Shown here piece by piece: positions 1 through 11,587 of a stretch of DNA of 64,000 nucleotides. Below the pieces are notes generated by a model. That model was given only the letters and a program-made list of their open reading frames with translations, made no database searches and was not told the DNA's origin. Position numbers and translations under genes: made by a program. Numbering within the stretch: position 1 is the stretch's first letter; each line of letters begins with the position of its first letter. Source of the stretch: Trypanosoma brucei (Eukaryota); assembly GCA_000002445.1 (NCBI GenBank), contig CM000208.1, forward strand, positions 2,432,001 to 2,496,000. Reading direction: 5' to 3'.

Positions 1-7
1 GGGTCCC

Positions 8-1198
8 ATGCAAGGCCGAGAGTGGCGCTACACGCGCGAGGCCATTGAGAGCTATCGGAGGGGTGTCTCAAAAGAAACAGATGAGCGCTTTGCCGAGTTC
101 CAGCAGCTCATGAAGAAACCTATGTGCTTTCCCATAGTAAAGACACTTTCTGGATTCTTAGAAGCAGTGGATAAGCGAGACAGCCTCCAGATAAAGAGTT
201 CGCATGTCACACACGCAATTACACTTTGCATGAACCAATGTAGGCAGATACCACTCCTTCTGGACGACTGGGAGAAGCTTCGCATCATCGAGGAGGGACT
301 TGAAAAACATATAATGACTAAGTTGTTCAAACGTACGTTCGGCGTTTGCCCAGAAGAGCAAAAGTGTGAAGCGGAACTCAGCGAAAAGTTACACCGGTTG
401 TCAAAGTCAGTTAGGGCACAGGACCTCGAGGCACTGGAGGAGGTTGAGAGCCATAATTGTTGGGAACAGGCAATGTACGAGTTGGACGCAATGAATTTTT
501 TTAAATCACCGAGAGGCAAGTTTTTGTGCAGCCTACGTGCTTATCAGCAACTTACTGAAATAGTGAGAGATACTGTAGCAGAGATTAAGAAAGCAAGGGG
601 CAAAAATCCAAACAAAGCTCTTGATGCTGATGACTTTGGGGCGAACGAATTTCTCCCTTGCTTCCTGTTGCTGGTTCTCCGTGCGTGCCCGCGTAACTTC
701 TATCTGAATGTGCAATATGTGAAAAACTTTCACAGCCCTGACAGAATGACACCAGAGGAGAGTTACTGCCTTGCTACACTGGAATCAGCAGTGAGTTTCT
801 GGCAGTCATACTCCAACGCAAGCACAGGCACGGTAACCCCAGCATGCGCAGTACCTGCTGCCCCTGCTCCCGTGTCGTCGGCACCCGTACCTGTTGTGGA
901 ACCGCAATTACAACCCCAAGCTAACTTCTTGGATAGTCTATTCACCTCTCCAGCCTCTTCTATCATTATTCCAACTTCTGGACCAGTGGATCTGAGTTCC
1001 TCGTATAACTTTGATGACTTCTTTAACGGCGGTGGGGGCACTGTTCTAACGCCCCCAAAGAAGGAGAACAAAATTAATGTGACGAAGTTACTGCTGGACG
1101 ACAAGAAGGCATTTGACGATCTCAGTGTAGCGGAGCTCCGCGCAGTCGTGGAGGAAGCGCGATCTCTCCTTGCAGAGAAGCGGAACGCCCGGTCGTAA
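8..1198 (+). CDS. VPS9-domain protein (Rab5-type guanine-nucleotide exchange factor). Probably 5'-truncated by the window edge, because the frame is open upstream of the ATG at position 8.
   Basis: The translated ORF carries the VPS9 catalytic-core signature 'GANEFLPCFLLLVLRACPRNFYLNVQYVKNFHSPDRMTPEESYCLATLE'. This matches Rabex-5/Vps9 'GADDFLPiLIYVviKAnPPrL.SNLqYI.rF.nPdrL.gEagYyfTnL'. Start is ATG; the reading frame has no stop between position 2 and 8. Confidence 0.7.
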   Translation: MQGREWRYTREAIESYRRGVSKETDERFAEFQQLMKKPMCFPIVKTLSGFLEAVDKRDSLQIKSSHVTHAITLCMNQCRQIPLLLDDWEKLRIIEEGLEKHIMTKLFKRTFGVCPEEQKCEAELSEKLHRLSKSVRAQDLEALEEVESHNCWEQAMYELDAMNFFKSPRGKFLCSLRAYQQLTEIVRDTVAEIKKARGKNPNKALDADDFGANEFLPCFLLLVLRACPRNFYLNVQYVKNFHSPDRMTPEESYCLATLESAVSFWQSYSNASTGTVTPACAVPAAPAPVSSAPVPVVEPQLQPQANFLDSLFTSPASSIIIPTSGPVDLSSSYNFDDFFNGGGGTVLTPPKKENKINVTKLLLDDKKAFDDLSVAELRAVVEEARSLLAEKRNARS

Positions 1199-1969
1199 GG
1201 CCACGATAAGGCGTGGGGAGAAAATTGGACGTTCTTTATTTTTGAAACTGTTATGTTTCTTCAGTTGCCGCGGTTATTGCGGTTTTTGTACTATAGCGAC
1301 TATCGGCCTGTATTACCTCCCGATTTGTAGGGCATAGGTGAGCCACTAGTGTGCTTTTCCCATAAAGCAGTTGTGTTGAAACCGTCCTCGCGTGCACCTC
1401 CCACACCCGTTTTTTTTTTCATCCTCCAATTTTGGTTTGGCCTTCGTGTACGACGGTGTGGCATCTTTTTTGCTGTGCAAAATGTGTGTGTAGTCCGTCC
1501 ACGGTGCTGAAATGGGGAGGTTACTCTGTTTCCTTTCGGTTTTCCCTTCTTGTGGTCGTTGCTCTTTTACCACACTTCCATCACTGCGTGGTGAGCGAAC
1601 GTAAACCCACGTACTCATCACTGTTTTGTTTTTGTCGTGACATACTTCTTGCTGTTGAAACTATTTCTTGTGCATATATATATGTGTGTGTGTGCTTGTG
1701 TGTATTTGCGTCCTTCAATATGCCTTCTTTCTTTTCCCTCCTGGGAATGCACCGTGCTAACTGTAACAGCAGTGATGATGGTTTGCTGTCTTGATGACTT
1801 GTGCTGTTGTTGTTGTTTTTTCCGAACTGGGTTTCCCCTTTTTTCGTGATTTATAACAACATAGTAAAAGGAAGAACCGAAGTTTCTACAAAATTTTTAC
1901 ACATTAATACTCGCAACGTTACGCCGCGCACGCATTCACTTTCGACCTGCTTTCATCTCTTCAACGCTG

Positions 1970-2272
1970 ATGTCCGCCGAGGCCGTAGCAGACCTGGAGA
2001 GGCGTGCCGCCGCCGCTGAAACCGCAATTGGGGAGTTGAGTTTGCGACTTCAAACAATGGGCTCGAGTGTCGGGGCAGGTATTGAACCAAGGCTACGAGA
2101 ACTGCTTAAACTAATGCACGAAGACCGCGCAGAATTTGAGGCAGTGCGGGCCCAGCGCGATGAGCTGAAGGAAGAAAACGAGAGACTCAAGATACAAGTG
2201 GCAAAGCATGAGTATCGCATCAAACACTTATTGAGAACAATAGAGGAAATCTCTCCGGAGGAGAACTCGTAG
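1970..2272 (+). CDS. small coiled-coil hypothetical protein (100 aa)
   Basis: ATG-initiated ORF with a heptad-like, charged alpha-helical composition ('LKEENERLKIQVAKHEYRIKHLLRTIEE'). Not overlapped by a longer ORF. Family not recognised. Confidence 0.4.
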   Translation: MSAEAVADLERRAAAAETAIGELSLRLQTMGSSVGAGIEPRLRELLKLMHEDRAEFEAVRAQRDELKEENERLKIQVAKHEYRIKHLLRTIEEISPEENS

Positions 2273-4420
2273 TGATATGAAGTAAAAGGGAGTGCATGCG
2301 TCACTTTATTTTCATTCATCCACAGTTGTGTTTGGATGGAAAGAGGCTATCGTGGTCGCGGCAAAGCTCTCCCCACGCCATTATGATAAGCTTCTTCAAA
2401 CTCTTTACCTTGTTCACACCGGCGGTCCATCACGTCCAAGAAAAAGAGTTAAGCGACCACCCATGTTTCGTAAACTATACATTGTCACCTTCCTTTAACG
2501 ACACGTACAGGGGGAAATGTGGACGGGACACTGCATGGCCATGTGTAGGGTGTATGATCCCGTAGCTCACTGCACTTCCTCACTTTACCAACTTTTTCTA
2601 CCCTATAACGTCGTGTTTATGTGGCCTGTTGTTATGCTTCCTCCCTTTCTCCTCTCCTCTCCTCTCCTTCCCCCCTTCTTTTGTCTTTTTAACATTTGCC
2701 TCTGCCCGTCATTTCCCCTTTCTATTTAGTAACGATAATGAAGGCGCTTGAAAGCTGGTGCGGTTAGAGCACATTGCTTGGGTTGGGAGAAACCCCCTCA
2801 CCGTCGTCCAGAGCGAGGTGGCGACGTGGGGAGTGTTGGTGGGGAACATCAACGAAACATTTTGTGGATGGTTGCAGCAATGTGTATACATGTATAAATT
2901 AGAATTGTTGTGTACTTGGATTGGGAGTTGGTTTGCGGGCGATACTCCAAGCAGGAGCACGGAGAGGCAGGGAAAGGAAAACATGCAAATAACAAAGCCT
3001 TTAAGAGAACACCAAGAAGAGTGGGTGGGTGGCGTAATTTCTTCTATATGTTTTATCGTCAGACATCCTCTCGGTACTGTTTGCCGGTATTCGGATATGA
3101 TACCGCAAGTACTGTGCGTGTATATGTGTGTGTGTCGGCCGCAGAATAGTGGTGGTATGAGGAAACGGGGTGTGATAAACACTTTCATGCGACTCTTGTT
3201 GTATGGCAACTTACCCAGTTTTACGTTGAGTAACCACCACATACACGTGGATGAGTATGTGCCGTTGTTGTTACTGTTTTTGGCATCTTTAAGTTATCTG
3301 CTTCATTTTATGGTTCCGCTCCCAGGTGCATAAACAATCATGCGTCTCATTTATTATGTTTTGTTGTTTGTTTCATGTCCCTTACTCCCTTCGTTTTCTT
3401 TTTTTACTAATTATTACACTTAATAGGCTGTGAGAAGTCTGCAAGGAGGCACCCACAGCAACCGAACCGAAGAGGAAGAAGAAAAAAAAAAGTGGGGCGC
3501 ACTGAACTGGGTGTTCCCGTTGTTTGGGAGCACGTGGAGTGGGAGAAGCTTAAGGGTTGAAGAAACAGAAAAGGGTGCGGCGAGACACGTGTAACAAATC
3601 ACGTCTACCCGCACAGCAACACCAATAGTAGCAGCAGCGGTAACAACAAAGGAGGAAGAGGGAAGGAAAAGTTGTGTGAAGGACGGCGCTGCGCTGGAAG
3701 GCGACCGCGGGGAACGAACGGAATCAAAAAGAAAGCAAGAAAAAAAATAAAACCCCGCGAAGGACAGGCGAGGGAGTAAAGGCAAAAGCGGTACAATATA
3801 AGAGTTAGGGAGTCGTATTGTGTGGACAGCAGCAACAGTTATAACAGCGGGCTGTGTCGACAGAACTAAACTCGCATATACACACACACAAAAAAAAGAA
3901 CACTCTCATACATTCGTCATCTTCCATTTGTCTTTCTTCAGGTGTGCTCGTCCGACTCTCGCCTCGCCGTATTCTTGCAATTGTCCAGACGCACTCATTT
4001 GTACCCAATACACTTACAGCCATATATTTATACACCCGGTTGTTAGGTGCTTCCAGGGTGAAAAACGGAACGTGGAGAGGTAACGGTGACATTTTCCTTC
4101 CCCAATCGACGTTGAGCACAAAGGGAAAGGGGGAAGGCATAATATTTTGTTATTGAACGAAGCAAAAAAGAAAGAAAGGGAGGGGGACAAAGGGGGTTTG
4201 GTTTGTTTTTCCGTGTTTACTTTGATCTGTAGGATTATCTGTTGTTTTCAGTTTGTTCCTTAGTTTTGTTTTTTGCCGCATCCAGTGTGGAGCAGCTAAC
4301 GGTTGTATTCAGGAAGAGAGGAAAGGAGTGAGTCAGTTGGAGAAAAGAAGAAAAGGGAGAATATTAATATTAACCAAAATAAACCGACGACAAAGTGTTT
4401 CCTTCTTGGGTGGCTTTATT

Positions 4421-7400
4421 ATGTTGTTGGGGTTGAAAGATCTTTTTATTGTACGCGGGGGAGCTGCCCACAGGCCAACTCTTCAGTGTGATGAAGACGG
4501 TTTCGTCGTGTACCTTATGCTTCTTGTGGCTTATTGCATTTGTGTTTGCTTCACCACATGGAACTACGGGAGGACATGCTCTCCGGTTGTGTTGGAGACC
4601 ATCATTTTACTTGCGCGAGTTATGGTTGGAAATAGTGAATTGTTGTTCAAAGGGGATCAAGCTGCAGCGTGGGCTGGGTTTGGTGGCCCGCATCGGTCTC
4701 CAAACGGGGAAACCTCTTCGCACGGTGTTGGGTCGCAGCAGCGGCGAAAGGATCGAGTAATTTCAAAGCCCACGTTTGCCCCGGTGCCGTTTTTTTCAGT
4801 TTGTGCTGCGGCGTTTTTGATTGTATCTGCTTTTACTACGTTGTTCTGCAAGACAGATGCTTGTTTACTGCACTCCACCCGAATTGCATTTGGTCTCAGC
4901 ATGGTAATCATGCCCGCTACTCTCACGGGTCGCAAGGCGTTCATGCTCGCGGGGGGTTGTTATCTCGTATATGTGTTTTGGGGGCCTTTCGCCCTCTATA
5001 TCCAACAGTTTCAAGAGTCTGGTACGCACACTTGGTGGCACTCTCTTTACTCCCGTTACAGCACGGCCCTTGCACTTACTGTGCTGCTGATGGACGTTAG
5101 AGATTTCACCCAGTGCCAGTTGGGTAGAAAGTGTGTGGCGGCTTTTCCAGCGCTAGAGAAACTGGTGAAAATCATTCCAGATTCTTCGTCACATGGAGAT
5201 GATAAGGTCTGGGGGGTTTCAATCAGTTATGTGTGTTTCGTGTGTTCCATCACCACCATGACGCTTTGTTTGTGGGCGTCTTCGATGATGCTTGAGAGAT
5301 CATTGGATGTGTCATGCACAGGAGTTTTTTGTGCGTTGGTCGTTGTACTGAAAATTGCGGATGGCTGCTTAGCGAAAGGCTTCATGAAGGCATTGCGGGA
5401 ATCCTTTCCATTGCTCACAATTAGTGCTCTTCTGGTCGCTGTTGTTTACTATTGTGTGCCCGTCGAGTCGCACCCGATAGTAGCGGGGAGTATGCCGTGC
5501 TCGATGGTGGTTGTTTACATTGCAAACCGGTGCCCTTGTGGTTCATATTCTGAAACGATATTTTTACTTATGTGGCTGACGATGTTTGGGTCGGTATATC
5601 GGGGCTCGAGCTTCGCCCATGTGATCGAGGGTCGTTACGTATTTCCTAACCAAATGCTTCACTTGGTTACCATTGGTGTTGGCTTTCATACCCTGTTTGT
5701 ATTGGGGTTTGCCACTCTCACACAAGGATCTCACCCATGCAGTGGGCCGTTGCTGCCGCTACTTAAAAGAGTGACCGCCATACTGAGGGAGTTGCGCCTG
5801 TTGAACAAGGGTCGGTGTGGACGAAAAGAGGAGAGAAACACTCGATCATCACCGCCACCACAAACTGTGGTGGAGAGGTCGCCTCTAAGGGTCGAAACGC
5901 GTGGTGCCGAAAAGAATGGTAACTCTACCGAGGGAAATCTCTATGTGATGTCATCTGAGTTGCCTTCATTAACGAAGTTGGTCAAAATGGAGGCAGAACT
6001 CAGCGCAGAAATTTCAAGCACGACAGAACAACCCAGCCAAGACGATGACGAATTTTTTGGTGTTGTACACAGGGGGTCGACGGGTGAGGGTGTGAAGCGG
6101 TTGGAGTGTTTAGTCGATCACGGATCAGCAGTGGAGAGCACACAAGGAGTTTCACAGCATGAGTCCCCAACTGCCACACCCATTTTGGTACACGAGGGAC
6201 ACTTCAATGAATCTCACATGGACGCGAGAGAAGAAGAGGCGGAAACGACACCAGCATTTGAGGACATTAGGGAAATGGAATGCCCCAAAAAAGAGATGGA
6301 GGAGAAGGTGATGATTATATTGGAGGAAAGGCAGGAAAGCAGAGTGAGGGACGTTGCCGACCAGTCGTCAGAGATGGGGAAAAGGAAGTTGTCGGCGAAC
6401 GGTAACAGCAAGGCGACGTATGCAGAGGCCGTCCTCGAGGATCTACAAGCCGAAACCAAGGCGGCGAAACTCATTACTGCTCAACAGAAGGCGCAACAGC
6501 CGGAAGAATCACTTGATAAGCAACAACTTCTGCGAGACTCGGGGCTTTCCGAACCGAAGAAAAACGTTTTGCGTGCCTCCACCTCCGCAGAAGGATCGCT
6601 TAAAAGGAGTGGTGATGCTTCTGAGCGTGTTCCTGTGGGGGCGGTAGTGAAGATGTCGCGGCAACACCAAGCAGCAGCAAAATCGAAGAAAGAATTAACC
6701 GTGCCATTGCCCAAATGCATGGTGACGGCGCAGGAAATGTCAAGCACACCAGCGCTGGTAGCAGCGGATGTGGCAGCTGAAAGGCCTTCAAAGAAAGAAG
6801 TGAAGCACGCAACAACGCCTAAGCGCAATACGGCGGAGGTCGAGGCAGAGAAGCAGAAAGGCACTGCAAAAGGTGTTAATCAAAAAGGTGGTAAAGTCCT
6901 TCAAGATGAACCTGCGAAGAAACCTCGTGCAGTAGCGGACAGCTTGAAACAGAAGGAGAAAGTTGAGTCAAGACGACGGAAAGACGAGAAGGATCCGACG
7001 CGCTGTACTTCTGACAGCAAGCCGAAGCAATTTATCCCTTCACTTCAGAACATTGGGGCCCAAGTTGGTGATAATTGTCGAGAGGACGGGAATGCAAACG
7101 ACACCAAAACAACAACTGCAACTGGTGTTGCAGCGGACCAGCCATCCTGTACTTCAAAGAACTCCGCGGTTGCCAGCGAAACACGTGAGTGTGTAGCCAT
7201 CTCTATACCGCAACCGCGTTCCTGGAGCAGCCCTGCCCAAAATACATCGCTAGTGCTTAATCCCATTGCGGCGGAGGCAAATTCAAGGAAAACCACATGT
7301 TGGAACACTTCTTCAGTAAATGACGGTTGTGAAGCTGCCGGTTTTGGCGATCAGATTTCCTTATTGGGAAAAACATCATCTCCATGGGAGACGCCTCCCT

Positions 7401-8086
7401 CTCTCGGGGAGAGCCCTTTGGCCGAGTTGTCGCAACTGTACCTCACTGCGGGCCCCATGTGTGAGGCTCCACAAGGGGAAACAACACGGTCCATACCTTT
7501 GGAGGCACGCAACGCGCTGGAAAACTTTGCGAAAGCGTGGGAACCCCGCGAGAACGTTACACATCTACCCCGGGAAAGTGGTTTGGAGGGTGGTTCCCCA
7601 CAGAAGGAGGGAAAGAGAAGGCAATCTGTCGGGGGTGTGTGGGCGGGAATTCCCCTTTCCGTTGCAACAGATTCCAAGGGTTTGCAACTCGTAAATCACG
7701 AAGCAGCGAGCTCACCTAACATTTTCAACGTTTCTGAACCCCCTACGACCATGTCAAACAGTGGAATGGCTGAGGGTTTGGAGCACCAAACGGCACCTTC
7801 ATCGGTGGAGGAACATCACTTTGCACGTCTCCAATACCCAGCCGCCCAGCAAGCACAACTGCTCATGATGGCAGACGGGCGGCTGGCAATGTACCCTGTG
7901 TATTCCCCTCCTTACGTGCATCAGGCTGTTGTTATGTCCCCACCGCATGGCGGTGCTGCGGTGCCCCACCACCACGTCCAACATCAACATTCGCTTGCTT
8001 TTTATCCGCAGGTCGTTGTGCCCGTGTCACAGATGCCCTCTGGAACGTGGTCGCCCTACGCCCAAAGCCCCGGAGTTCATCAGTAG
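4421..8086 (+). CDS. hypothetical polytopic membrane protein with a long low-complexity hydrophilic C-terminal half
   Basis: The 3.8-kb ORF listed from 4253 starts on TTG. The first in-frame ATG is at 4421, directly after a polypyrimidine tract plus AG at about 4205-4420. The N-terminal about 550 aa contains many hydrophobic segments. The C-terminal half is rich in S, T, E, K and Q, with a His/Pro/Gln-rich tail. Confidence 0.55.
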   Translation: MLLGLKDLFIVRGGAAHRPTLQCDEDGFVVYLMLLVAYCICVCFTTWNYGRTCSPVVLETIILLARVMVGNSELLFKGDQAAAWAGFGGPHRSPNGETSSHGVGSQQRRKDRVISKPTFAPVPFFSVCAAAFLIVSAFTTLFCKTDACLLHSTRIAFGLSMVIMPATLTGRKAFMLAGGCYLVYVFWGPFALYIQQFQESGTHTWWHSLYSRYSTALALTVLLMDVRDFTQCQLGRKCVAAFPALEKLVKIIPDSSSHGDDKVWGVSISYVCFVCSITTMTLCLWASSMMLERSLDVSCTGVFCALVVVLKIADGCLAKGFMKALRESFPLLTISALLVAVVYYCVPVESHPIVAGSMPCSMVVVYIANRCPCGSYSETIFLLMWLTMFGSVYRGSSFAHVIEGRYVFPNQMLHLVTIGVGFHTLFVLGFATLTQGSHPCSGPLLPLLKRVTAILRELRLLNKGRCGRKEERNTRSSPPPQTVVERSPLRVETRGAEKNGNSTEGNLYVMSSELPSLTKLVKMEAELSAEISSTTEQPSQDDDEFFGVVHRGSTGEGVKRLECLVDHGSAVESTQGVSQHESPTATPILVHEGHFNESHMDAREEEAETTPAFEDIREMECPKKEMEEKVMIILEERQESRVRDVADQSSEMGKRKLSANGNSKATYAEAVLEDLQAETKAAKLITAQQKAQQPEESLDKQQLLRDSGLSEPKKNVLRASTSAEGSLKRSGDASERVPVGAVVKMSRQHQAAAKSKKELTVPLPKCMVTAQEMSSTPALVAADVAAERPSKKEVKHATTPKRNTAEVEAEKQKGTAKGVNQKGGKVLQDEPAKKPRAVADSLKQKEKVESRRRKDEKDPTRCTSDSKPKQFIPSLQNIGAQVGDNCREDGNANDTKTTTATGVAADQPSCTSKNSAVASETRECVAISIPQPRSWSSPAQNTSLVLNPIAAEANSRKTTCWNTSSVNDGCEAAGFGDQISLLGKTSSPWETPPSLGESPLAELSQLYLTAGPMCEAPQGETTRSIPLEARNALENFAKAWEPRENVTHLPRESGLEGGSPQKEGKRRQSVGGVWAGIPLSVATDSKGLQLVNHEAASSPNIFNVSEPPTTMSNSGMAEGLEHQTAPSSVEEHHFARLQYPAAQQAQLLMMADGRLAMYPVYSPPYVHQAVVMSPPHGGAAVPHHHVQHQHSLAFYPQVVVPVSQMPSGTWSPYAQSPGVHQ

Positions 8087-8563
8087 CGCGGTCCGTGCAT
8101 CTAATATTTTAGATTGAAGTTGGACGGGGGTAAGCAGTGTCCACGAAGTACATTTTTGCGTACTTGCATATGTATGGAAGGGAAGTTGAGTGAGGGAGGG
8201 AGGGAAAACAAAAAGGAAAAGCACAGGTGGCGATGTCCTTGGATCTGTATTTGTCTCTGCAGTGTATCATTTGTTGTGTTAACTCACCCGTCTCTGCTAC
8301 CGCTGCTGGTTTCGTGGACGTTCCGCTCGTGGGAAGATGTACAGCCCGATGTGTCGAACCGAGCATCTACCTCAATGGCAGGTGTGTGTGCGATTTCAAA
8401 GGGATTATTACTTACCTCTCCGAGATGGTATTAAAAGGAGGAGTCCTTTGCGTTGAGGAAGGACGGGGTTAGTCTGACGGGCTGGCGCATTGTTAATTCT
8501 TCTTCGCTGCACTGTGGCACGAGGGTCTTTGCAAATTGCATGTGTGCGTTTGCGTTTGCGCTC

Positions 8564-8599
8564 ACGTGTGTGTGTGTGTATGTGTGTGTGTGTGTGTGT
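8564..8599. repeat. (GT)n microsatellite, about 18 units with one interruption
   Basis: 'gtgtgtgtgtgtgtatgtgtgtgtgtgtgtgtgtg' read directly in the intergenic region. Confidence 0.9.
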
Positions 8600-11587
8600 T
8601 ATGTAAATATGTAAGCACTCGGACCTTTGAAGGAGAGGAGCAGGTGTACTGGGAGGTTACGTATATGTGCACATATATATTACTCATGTATACGTTACGA
8701 AGGTATTACTTGGACAGGTTTATGCGGACGGCAACAAGAGTAAATGAGCATAAGAAGGAAAAGTTAAAAAAAAAACAAAGAAAATAAAAAACAAAGGGAA
8801 TCTGAACGCAACTTTTTGTACGTGAAGGGTAGTGAGGAAGGAGGTGCCTATGTAAACATAGAGAATTTTTTTTCTGAGGAAAAGCCCTTCATTGTCACTT
8901 TTTTTTTTGCTTTTCGGTCCCTACTTTCCTCTTCCATCTTTTTATTTTTGTTCACCGGTGATCGTAACCTAATGTGTTATTGCTCTCCTCTACGTTGTGA
9001 TTACACTTTCACGGATGTGTGATGGAGGTGGTGGTGGTAATCACTCTTTTTGCTTCCTCATGGTTTGTAAACTCGCGACGTTTCGAACACCTCACCCCAT
9101 TTTCTGTTTTTTTACAGCGGTTTGTGGCTGTCATTGACATCCGGTACTGCTGCCACGTGCCCAAGCTGGCCACAGTGGTGCCCACACAACAAACCGGATG
9201 GTGTGTTCTCTCGTCTGCGTGTGAAGGAAAAGGGAATGTAAAGAGTGAGGGGGATTCCACGCAAAAATTGTGTGAAAGGGATGAGATTGCTACGGGGTGG
9301 AGGGGCGGTTGCAGGAACGAAGGGAAGGAGTGGAATGCGATAAACCACCAAAAAAAAGAAAAAAAATAGGAGTTTTCTTTTTTTTTTTTAATTTTCCCTT
9401 TCGTTACTACTTCTCGCGTATTGAGCAATTCTAAAGTACACTCGGTTGATGGTGGGATAGTTTTGTTGATGGTTACTTGGAGGAGGAGAGAAATCTGTAG
9501 GGAAAGCGTGGGTATGTGTGTGCATGAAAGCTTGAAGTATTTTGAAGAGTGATACAATGGTGCCCATGTACTTCGTAGCTAACAATATACATATGTACGC
9601 ACATGCGGAAGATATATCAACACTGGTGAAGCGAAGGGCGGCGAAGAAGCTGCAATCCACACGCCAATCACTTTGTTGGTATCCCTTTTCTACTGCTATC
9701 CCGCGAGAAGAGGAGGAAAAAAAAAGAAAACAAAAAATGGAAAAGGAGACGGGGGAGTCACACGGCATGCTTTTCGCGTACCGCACAGATGTTTTCTCAT
9801 TTTTTTTCTTTTTCGGAGCAGTTGTTGACTCTTCAATGACTTTACGTACACATGCAAGATTAACACTCTCGCACATATCACGTGCGATACCTCATGCTCA
9901 ATTCCGCATGTGTGATGTTTGACCAAACCTCGTCTCGTCTTGATCGAGTATGTTCGGCTTTACGCATTGCATCGGAGCATGCGGGTGGGTTGCTATGCGG
10001 CCTGTTGGCATGGTTATTGTGGTGTGCAGGCGGTGAGAGTGAAAGTAAAGAAATTTATATAATGTCTGTATAGTGGTATATATATGTATATATATATATA
10101 TATGCACATAACAGGGAGTAAGTTTCGACTATATACATTGATTGATTGGGAGGGGAAAGGTACAATGGAGTAAAAGGTGGAAGGAGAAAGGAGGGGAACG
10201 TGTGGAAGATTGTTATCCGAAAAGACACCAATTTACGCTCAAACGTACGTGTCGTCTTTGTTTCATTTTCCTTTAGCTGGTGTTGTCCATTTTTTTTTAC
10301 CTTATTTTTCTTTCTTGTGCACATTACTTTTGTTGTCGACTACCATCCCTTTCTTATTATTTTTTTTTGATAATTCTTTCTTTTTTTTTTGGGGGGGGGG
10401 AGGGTCTTTGTTTAAACGGTATTAATAACGACGAACAGAGAAACTTGACTGCACAGTTTGTTTTCCAACCAGTGGTGATTGATCGTTTCGCAGGACAGTA
10501 GGTCCACTTTGCATCGAACGGTACGTGTGGATTAACTTCTCTACCTGATTTAATCTCTTGAGCACACCCTCGCTTCTCATTTTTCTCATCACATCCCTCC
10601 GTCAGGTTGGGTAAAGTACCCTCAACCCCAGGAAGCAAACAAACAGGAAGGAGAAGTTCTTAGTTCATTGTTCTTTTGTTTATATATTCTATTTTGGTGA
10701 GGAAAATGTTGGCGTTCCATTGGCGGTACACGCGTTAGGCACGCAGATATTACTGTAGGTGCGCTCGAGTGGATTGGACGCATTGACTATGGAAGCAGTT
10801 TTGCTTATTACTATTTTGTTAAAAGGGCATCATCTCAACAAATGTTTATATTATTTTGAAGGTGTTGACTGGATTTTCGGACTACATGTGGAGTGACGAC
10901 GCTGGGTAAATGATGAGCATTCTTACCACAGGTACGCGAGGAAGTTGTTTGTTTTGTTGTTGTTGATGTTGATGATGCTGTTTTCTTGGTCTCTTGTTGT
11001 CCTGTGATTTACTTTCATCTGTGGCGATAATGGATGCCTTCTTCACGTATTCTGCAGAGTAGGTCACCATTTCTGGTCTATCACGGAGAATATTTTGGTA
11101 GGAGTGAGCGAGTATATATTGTCGCAGATGTTGTGTTGAAGGGTGTCAAATAGTGTTAAGCACCTCCCACGCGCGCATTTCCCTCACTGTGTTCGAGAGG
11201 GGGGTGGGTGAAATTAAACAGTGTTATGAATCGTCACCGATCCCTGTGAATTAACTGTAATGCGATGATCGCATTTACTACCCGGACCCCGTGTGTATCT
11301 TCTTCTTTCGTTTTCTTTCCAATTTGCTTCCTCTGCGCAATGAAATTGGGAGCTCACGTGCGTGTCCGCAGCGGGCGTTTTTTTTTTTTAACGCAGCTCG
11401 CTCCACTAGTTAAAGGGTTTCACTTGTAATTGTGTAGGGAAGGTGAATAGGAGGGCGTACACTTGTTTCTTTGTGGAGGCCCGCTTTGTGGGGAACTCCA
11501 TATCGGAGAGGGAAAGCGCGCCGAATTTAATCCGATTGGAACGGAAATTTTTCCATTTACTAGCAGATTAGCAATCTTTCCTAACAA

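Noticed and set aside
52-3333. Numerous 60-190-aa ORFs overlapping or opposite to the called genes (e.g. 52..519-, 763..1104-, 2709..3242-, 2758..3333+)
   Set aside because: Shadow ORFs in coding regions, or chance ORFs in pyrimidine-rich UTRs. They run in opposite or alternative frames to well-supported genes and have low-complexity products.
9009-9557. 182-aa minus-strand ORF in the 8-11.6-kb spacer
   Set aside because: Opposite orientation to the surrounding plus-strand polycistron. Low-complexity product. No polyY plus AG signal. Likely a chance ORF.
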